From Candidatus Aenigmatarchaeota archaeon (GTDB lineage Archaea > Aenigmatarchaeota > Aenigmatarchaeia > PWEA01): a DNA stretch of 64,000 nt. Location: the NCBI GenBank assembly GCA_046539305.1, contig JBKHHE010000002.1, positions 35,928-99,927 on the forward strand, in the 5' to 3' direction. The translations under genes were made by a program, and so were the position numbers. This document shows positions 59,018 to 64,000 of this stretch, one piece after another. A model generated the notes under the pieces. It was not told the origin of the DNA. It ran no database searches and saw only the letters and a list, made by a program, of their open reading frames with translations. The first letter of the stretch is position 1, and the number at the start of each line of letters is the position of its first letter.

Positions 59018-59950
59018 ATGGAAGCTTTCCTTTTCATAGTGGCAATATCCGCATCCGTATTCATGGGGATTTCTATAGGATCTTCCAGCGTAGCCCCGGC
59101 TTTCGCGCCCGTGAACATATCTAACTCCTCAAATATACTGAAACTGGCCCTTTTTGCGGGCATCTCGGCACTGATAGGCTCGATCCTGCAGGGAGAGAGG
59201 GTGGCGGAGAGCGTTGGTGCCGAAATACTCACAGGAGAGATAGTTATCCTTCAAGCTGCGATTATACTGATTATAGGAGCATCGCTTGTCCTCCTCAGCG
59301 TAATAACCGACTATCCTATGCCCACCGCCTTTACCATAGTCGGTGCTGTTGTGGGGAGCGGCCTCGCCTTCGGAAACAATATAATGTGGGGTTCCCTACA
59401 AAAGATCGTGCTGTTCTGGATCCTAACCCCCCTCGCAGCTTCGATGATGGGATACATTGTGTCGAAAGTTATTCGGAAATACCTGCACAAGGAAGAAAAC
59501 AGAGATATGATACGATACTTTTTACTGATAGCGGGGTGTTACGTTGCCTATACAGCCGGGGCGGCCTCCGTCGGCCTGGCCGTAGGACCCCTCCAAGGAC
59601 TGGGATACAGCACCACAAGCCTTCTCGTATTCGGAGGTTTCACCATACTTTTGGGGGCCTGGATGTATTCTCCCAGAATAATAAAGGCAGTGTCCTACGA
59701 CTACTCAACAGTGGGGCCCAGGAGGTCGCTCGCAGCTTTGATAAGCTCTGGTATACTTGCTCAGGTGGGTGTTTTTCTGGGGGTTCCGGTATCGTTTAGC
59801 CTGGCAATCCTTCCTGCAATCATAGGGAGTGGGATATCAGGAGAAAAGTCGGAGAGGAGCAAGAAAAAGATAACCTTCACTGGGTTGAGGTGGATTTCTT
59901 CCTTCTTCCTTGCAATGGGACTCGCCTATATCCCCGCATTTTTCCTCTGA
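59018..59950 (+). CDS. PiT-family inorganic phosphate transporter
   Basis: About 10 TM helices in two internal repeats; PMPTAFTIVGAVVG and PVSFSLAI. Confidence 0.8.
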   Translation: MEAFLFIVAISASVFMGISIGSSSVAPAFAPVNISNSSNILKLALFAGISALIGSILQGERVAESVGAEILTGEIVILQAAIILIIGASLVLLSVITDYPMPTAFTIVGAVVGSGLAFGNNIMWGSLQKIVLFWILTPLAASMMGYIVSKVIRKYLHKEENRDMIRYFLLIAGCYVAYTAGAASVGLAVGPLQGLGYSTTSLLVFGGFTILLGAWMYSPRIIKAVSYDYSTVGPRRSLAALISSGILAQVGVFLGVPVSFSLAILPAIIGSGISGEKSERSKKKITFTGLRWISSFFLAMGLAYIPAFFL

Positions 59951-60000
59951 GAAAAAATCTAAATAAGAAAAAAGGGTTTTGGTCCATACTGACTTCAAAA

Positions 60001-60531
60001 TCAACTATGGACCACTTCGTGGCCGGAGACCATCTCCGCAGTCCTCCAAAGGAAGTAAAGGTTCAGTAGCGGAATCAGTCCAAAGATAATCCACTTGATA
60101 GTGGACTCCTTCCTGTCCATGTGGTCAACTCTCTCAAACTCGCCGAACTTCTTCTCATGGCCGGACACAAACTGGGCAATCCTGTACAAGAGGTACAGAC
60201 CTATGATGAAAGCGGCCACGTAGCCAATCATGAGGCCCGCTGCACCTCCTGCGACACCTGCCTCAGTTCCTATCAGGGCTCCCCCGAAAAGCCCTCCGAC
60301 AGCTATTACCATGATTGTCACAGGTATCAGAAAAACCACGAACCATTTTCCCGTGGAGTCCTTCCTGTCTCTGTGTCTTACTGCCTCGTACTCCCCAGAA
60401 ACTCCTACTTCATGACCAGAAACGCTCTCAGCAAGCTTCCAGAGGAAGTACAGATTAATTATCGGGATAAAAAAGAAGATGAACCACTTGATGGTCGAAT
60501 CCTTTTTTCCAGGATGTTGAAGTTTTGGAAT
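60001..60531 (-). CDS. Membrane protein with three KxSTxKW...VSGHE repeats, apparent ATT start
   Basis: Frame open upstream of ORF-track start and contains repeat 1; AGGTGG RBS then ATT. Confidence 0.75.
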   Translation of the reverse strand: MPKLQHPGKKDSTIKWFIFFFIPIINLYFLWKLAESVSGHEVGVSGEYEAVRHRDRKDSTGKWFVVFLIPVTIMVIAVGGLFGGALIGTEAGVAGGAAGLMIGYVAAFIIGLYLLYRIAQFVSGHEKKFGEFERVDHMDRKESTIKWIIFGLIPLLNLYFLWRTAEMVSGHEVVHS

Positions 60532-60590
60532 CTTACCACCTAAAGAGGATTTGTTTTGAGTTTATAAAAAGCTATTTAAGGATAGAACTA

Positions 60591-60706
60591 TGGGCCTGCG
60601 CGGATTTGAACCGCGGATCTCCACCTCTTTTCTACGAAGTAGGAAAGTTCGAAATCCCCGATTTCGTATCGTGAAGGTGGCGTCATAGCCGCTAGACCAC
60701 AGGCCC
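60591..60706 (-). tRNA. tRNA-Val(CAC) with intron 60627-60669
   Basis: GGGCCTG/CAGGCCC stem, CCACC-TTCACG-GGTGG arm. Confidence 0.92.
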
Positions 60707-60749
60707 AGCCAAGGCAACTACTTTTATACATACACTGTTATTTATATTT

Positions 60750-61241
60750 ATGAATCTTGAGGCTGCCGTGGAGAAAGCCGAAGATCTGGATGAAATCAAG
60801 GATATTCTGGACGAGGAGGGATTCCTCTGCTCCGCGTACCTCATGCTTGAGGAGGGAGAGGGGCCAGAGGTCTGGAACCTCGCATTCTACTCCGAAGGGA
60901 AAAACGAAATAACTGCAGTGGAAGTAACTTCAGAGGACGCGACGTTGGGAGTGACGGACGCACCGCTGCGGGAGGATACAGGGAAAATAAGTCTTGAGGA
61001 GGTTAAAGTAGGCGCGAAAGAAGGCCTGGAGAAGGTAAAGAAAGTTCTTGAGGAGGAGTTCGGAGGCTCCTATAAAAAGCTCTTATTCTCATTGAAATCG
61101 GAAGGTGGAAGACAGGAATGGCGGGCCGTCTTCGTGGGAAAGAGCCTCTCCATCATAGTTATCTCCCTGGACGCAGAGACGGGAGAGGTACTTGAAAAGG
61201 AGAAAAAAAGTATGAACAGGAATGGATTGTTCGGAAGCTGA
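60750..61241 (+). CDS. Hypothetical protein with PepSY-like C-terminus
   Basis: W-x-x-V...LDAETGEVL. Confidence 0.6.
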   Translation: MNLEAAVEKAEDLDEIKDILDEEGFLCSAYLMLEEGEGPEVWNLAFYSEGKNEITAVEVTSEDATLGVTDAPLREDTGKISLEEVKVGAKEGLEKVKKVLEEEFGGSYKKLLFSLKSEGGRQEWRAVFVGKSLSIIVISLDAETGEVLEKEKKSMNRNGLFGS

Positions 61242-61246
61242 GGAAC

Positions 61247-61346
61247 GGGACCGCCGGGATTGACGGAGGAAGCTTTCCAAAACCTTCAATTCAAATATTC
61301 TTTTTCATGAATGTTTAAAAAAGATTCTGATGGGACCGCCGGGATT
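61247..61346 (-). repeat. 15-bp duplication of tRNA-Ile 3' end flanking a 70-bp insert
   Basis: GGGACCGCCGGGATT at 61247-61261 and 61332-61346. Confidence 0.85.
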
Positions 61347-61545
61347 CGAACCCGAGATCTCCGGCTTCCATGCCGCGCACGACGGAATTTACCGAAAGCG
61401 AAGCTTTCGTAAAACACGAAAACCCGCGTTTTCGGCGATTTACGCGCGGTGGCCTTATAAGACCGGCGCTTTGGTCAAGTCTTTCCCTTTTTGATGAACC
61501 TTTTTTCGAAAAAGGTTCTTTCTAACCAAGCTAAGCCACGGTCCC
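61331..61545 (-). tRNA. tRNA-Ile(TAT) with two introns (about 61471-61521 D-arm; about 61367-61455 anticodon loop)
   Basis: GGGACCG/CGGTCCC-A stem; spliced arm CCGGT-CTTATAA-GCCGG. Confidence 0.85.
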
Positions 61546-61606
61546 ATCTAATAGGGACAGTTAAACTGCAAGACTTTTATTAGTTTTCTGTCTTAAAAAT
61601 ATAACC

Positions 61607-62509
61607 ATGAAGGTTGACCTGATACGGGACCTGAAAAGGTTTCTGGAGGAAAGAGGTTACGATACTTTTGAATACTTCCGGGGCTGTTTCGACCTGGCCG
61701 CGAAGCGGGAGAAACTGCTTCTGATAAAGGTTCTCGGGAACGTTGACTCCTTCAAAGAGGGCCAAGCAAGGGACCTCAAGGTTCTCACGGAGTCCCTGTC
61801 CGCTTCCGCTATAATTACGGGTGAAAGAACTAGGAAGGAAAAACTCAAAGAAGGCATCATATATGAAAGGTTTGGGATACCTGTTCTACACCCCGAAACT
61901 CTGAAAAACACGGTGAAAGGAAACCATCCTACGAAATTCAGGTCGAGAGGTGGAACCTTCGGGAAGATAGACCCTGAAAGGTTGAAGGATTTTCGGAAGA
62001 GAAAAAACCTTACACAGGAGGAACTTGCCGAAAAGCTGGGGGTTTCACAGAAAAATATATCGGAACACGAGCGATATTCAGAAAAAGCTCAATACTCCAT
62101 GATAAGACTAGGTGAAAAGGTTCTCGGAGAAGAGATAAAGGAGCGGATAAATCCTCTGGACCAGGAAGTAAACGGACTGGTCGAAGAGAAGGGAAAGCCA
62201 GAATTCAAGGAGGTTGGGAGGTGTATGCAAAGGACAGGCTTCAAAATAAGGTACACTGAAAGGGCGCCTCCTCAGATACTTGCAGAAAAAGAAGTCACAG
62301 TACTTTCACGGTTTGATAGCGATAAGAAAAGGCTGAAAAGAAAGTCGGAAGAGCTTAAGAAGTTCTCGAGTATAAGCGGGTCGCCCGCCTTCATGGTAGC
62401 CAAGGAAAAGGTCGAAAGCAAGGTCCCTGTCTTACTGAAAAATGAGCTGAACAGAATAAAAAGTTCCGAAGAACTGCTGAAGATAATTGAGGAAAAGAAA
62501 GGGGTCTAA
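61607..62509 (+). CDS. Archaeal HTH transcriptional regulator (COG1395-like)
   Basis: FDLAA, KVLGNVDS, YERFGIP, Cro-type HTH TQEELAEKLGVS. Confidence 0.85.
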   Translation: MKVDLIRDLKRFLEERGYDTFEYFRGCFDLAAKREKLLLIKVLGNVDSFKEGQARDLKVLTESLSASAIITGERTRKEKLKEGIIYERFGIPVLHPETLKNTVKGNHPTKFRSRGGTFGKIDPERLKDFRKRKNLTQEELAEKLGVSQKNISEHERYSEKAQYSMIRLGEKVLGEEIKERINPLDQEVNGLVEEKGKPEFKEVGRCMQRTGFKIRYTERAPPQILAEKEVTVLSRFDSDKKRLKRKSEELKKFSSISGSPAFMVAKEKVESKVPVLLKNELNRIKSSEELLKIIEEKKGV

Positions 62510-63346
62510 CTACTTCCTCAAACTCTTGCACTTCTCTATATTCCACTTGAAGCCCTTGTTATCCACAGGTGTTTCCAGGACCATTGGAAGGTCTCTGAGC
62601 TTCTCGTGGTTTATGAGGATTTCAAAGGCTTTCTCGCCTATTTCACCCTCGCCTATATGATCGTGCTCGTCTTTCTCCGAGCCCTCTGGATACTTTGAAT
62701 CGTTCAGGTGGAGGAAATGAAGGTTGTCAAGACCTATAACTTCGTCAACCCTGTCAACCAATTCGTCTATTTTCTCTCTTTCGGTGAAATCGTGGCCCGC
62801 GGCGTACATGTGACAGGTGTCCAGACATACCCCAAGGTCCGAGTAGGTGTAGTCCGAAAGCTGGACCATCCTGTCCAGCTGTGAAAAGTCTTTGCCCAAC
62901 GTGGTTCCCTTGCCCGCAGTATTCTCAAGTAGAAGTTTTACGCCGTCGGGTATTTCCACCTTCGAGAGCCTTTCGGCTATGTTATTTATTCCCTGTTCCT
63001 CGCCGGCGCCCGTATGGGCCCCGGGATGGAACACGTAGTAAGGTATCCCTAGCTCCTTGGTCACATCCAGCTCCTGTTGAACTGCCTCGATGGATTTCTT
63101 CCCGAGGTCTTTCTTAGGGGTGGCAAAGTTTATCAGGTAGGTCCCGTGGACTATCCAAGGTCCGATGTTTCTCTCCTCCGACCTTTCCTTGAATCCATTG
63201 GCTTCATTTTTTCCGGGTTGGGATACCTTCCAGCCGCGGGGTGAGCCAACAAAGATCTGGCCGCAGTTACCGCCCAGTTTCTCTTCCCTCTCCACGGCCT
63301 TATGTATACCTCCGCCCACGGAGACGTGTGCTCCTATCCGGAACAT
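62510..63346 (-). CDS. nfo: Endonuclease IV
   Basis: GAHVS, HPG, LENTAG, DTCH, HLNDSK, D-H-HIGEG. Confidence 0.94.
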   Translation of the reverse strand: MFRIGAHVSVGGGIHKAVEREEKLGGNCGQIFVGSPRGWKVSQPGKNEANGFKERSEERNIGPWIVHGTYLINFATPKKDLGKKSIEAVQQELDVTKELGIPYYVFHPGAHTGAGEEQGINNIAERLSKVEIPDGVKLLLENTAGKGTTLGKDFSQLDRMVQLSDYTYSDLGVCLDTCHMYAAGHDFTEREKIDELVDRVDEVIGLDNLHFLHLNDSKYPEGSEKDEHDHIGEGEIGEKAFEILINHEKLRDLPMVLETPVDNKGFKWNIEKCKSLRK

Positions 63347-63502
63347 ATCCTAGACTCCTCAGGCAGAGTTAAATTTCTTGCCCAACAAAATCCGTAACTT
63401 TTAAATATGTGCATGGAGGTATATTGGGTCTGGGGCGAAAGCCATTATTCCAACTCTTAAACCCGATTAGTTGATAATTTCAAACACAAGGAGGTGATAA
63501 CC

Positions 63503-64000
63503 ATTCCACAAGGAACACAAGGTGTTGGTCAGCCCATCTTCATTCTAGGCGAAGACGCCGAGAGGCAGAGCGGCAAGGGCGCGCAGAAAAACAACATCGC
63601 CGCAGGAAAAGCAGTAGGCGAGACAGTAAGAACGACGCTCGGTCCGAAAGGCATGGACAAGATGCTAGTTGATTCAGTGGGCGACATTGTAGTAACAAAC
63701 GACGGCGTGACCATCCTCGACGAGATGGAAATCGAGCATCCAGCCGCGAAGATGATGGTCGAAGTAGCGAAGACTCAGGAAGAACAGGTCGGTGACGGGA
63801 CAACGACGGCCGTAGTCATTGGTTCGGAGCTGTTAAAACAAGCGGAAGATCTCCTGGACCAGGACATCCACCCGACCGTGATAACCCGAGGTTTCAACCT
63901 TGCCTCAACAAAGGCACTGGAGAGCCTCGAGGACATCAGCGAGAAAGTTGACTTCCAGGAAAACGAAGACCTTCTCAAGAGGATAGCTATGACCGCGATA
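63503..64000 (+). CDS. ths: Thermosome (group II chaperonin) subunit, 3'-partial, apparent ATT start
   Basis: [34 protein letters not shown]. Confidence 0.95.
   Translation, partial: MPQGTQGVGQPIFILGEDAERQSGKGAQKNNIAAGKAVGETVRTTLGPKGMDKMLVDSVGDIVVTNDGVTILDEMEIEHPAAKMMVEVAKTQEEQVGDGTTTAVVIGSELLKQAEDLLDQDIHPTVITRGFNLASTKALESLEDISEKVDFQENEDLLKRIAMTAI

Noticed and set aside
61367..61375. CAT anticodon supplied by the 3' part of the Ile intron
   Set aside because: Would give an oversized anticodon loop; a 7-nt loop forms only with TAT.
3896..63978. Many antisense Ser/Phe/Leu-rich ORFs in the track
   Set aside because: Shadow frames of purine-rich (Glu/Lys) coding strands.
1..64000. CRISPR array or transposase
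   Set aside because: No regularly spaced repeat-spacer array, and no cas, transposase or integrase motifs recognised.

Overview
Archaeal core-genome window with acidic proteins, split rpoB''/rpoB' and rpoA'/rpoA'', and SGC-lipobox surface proteins. By inference it is a DPANN-type (Aenigm-/Nanohaloarchaeota-like) archaeon. It carries the str cluster (uS12-uS7-aEF2-aEF1A-uS10), the S10/spc cluster through secY and cbf5, the alpha cluster (uS13-uS4-uS11-rpoD-eL18-uL13-uS9-rpoN), an unlinked 5S rRNA, the rpoH-B-A-nusA operon, pyrG, pelota, nfo, a thermosome subunit and a paralogous surface-protein cluster. The striking layer is RNA. There are 12 tRNA genes, 11 of them interrupted, with 18 bulge-helix-bulge (BHB) introns in total. 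Ten introns are at non-canonical sites (D-loop, variable arm, T-loop). Several introns share one hairpin family, including a 33-nt stretch identical between a T-loop and a D-loop intron of different tRNAs. The same family occurs in tiny inserts flanked by duplicated tRNA 3' ends, suggesting a tRNA-targeting mini-element linked to intron spread. Some anticodon introns resemble half box C/D guides aimed at positions 34/39 of their host tRNA. Also seen: a rare tRNA-Ile(UAU), three apparent ATC/ATT start codons (one in aIF1/SUI1), an unassigned structured RNA upstream of 5S, and small proteins missed by the ORF track. All calls come from reading the sequence by eye; no searches were run.
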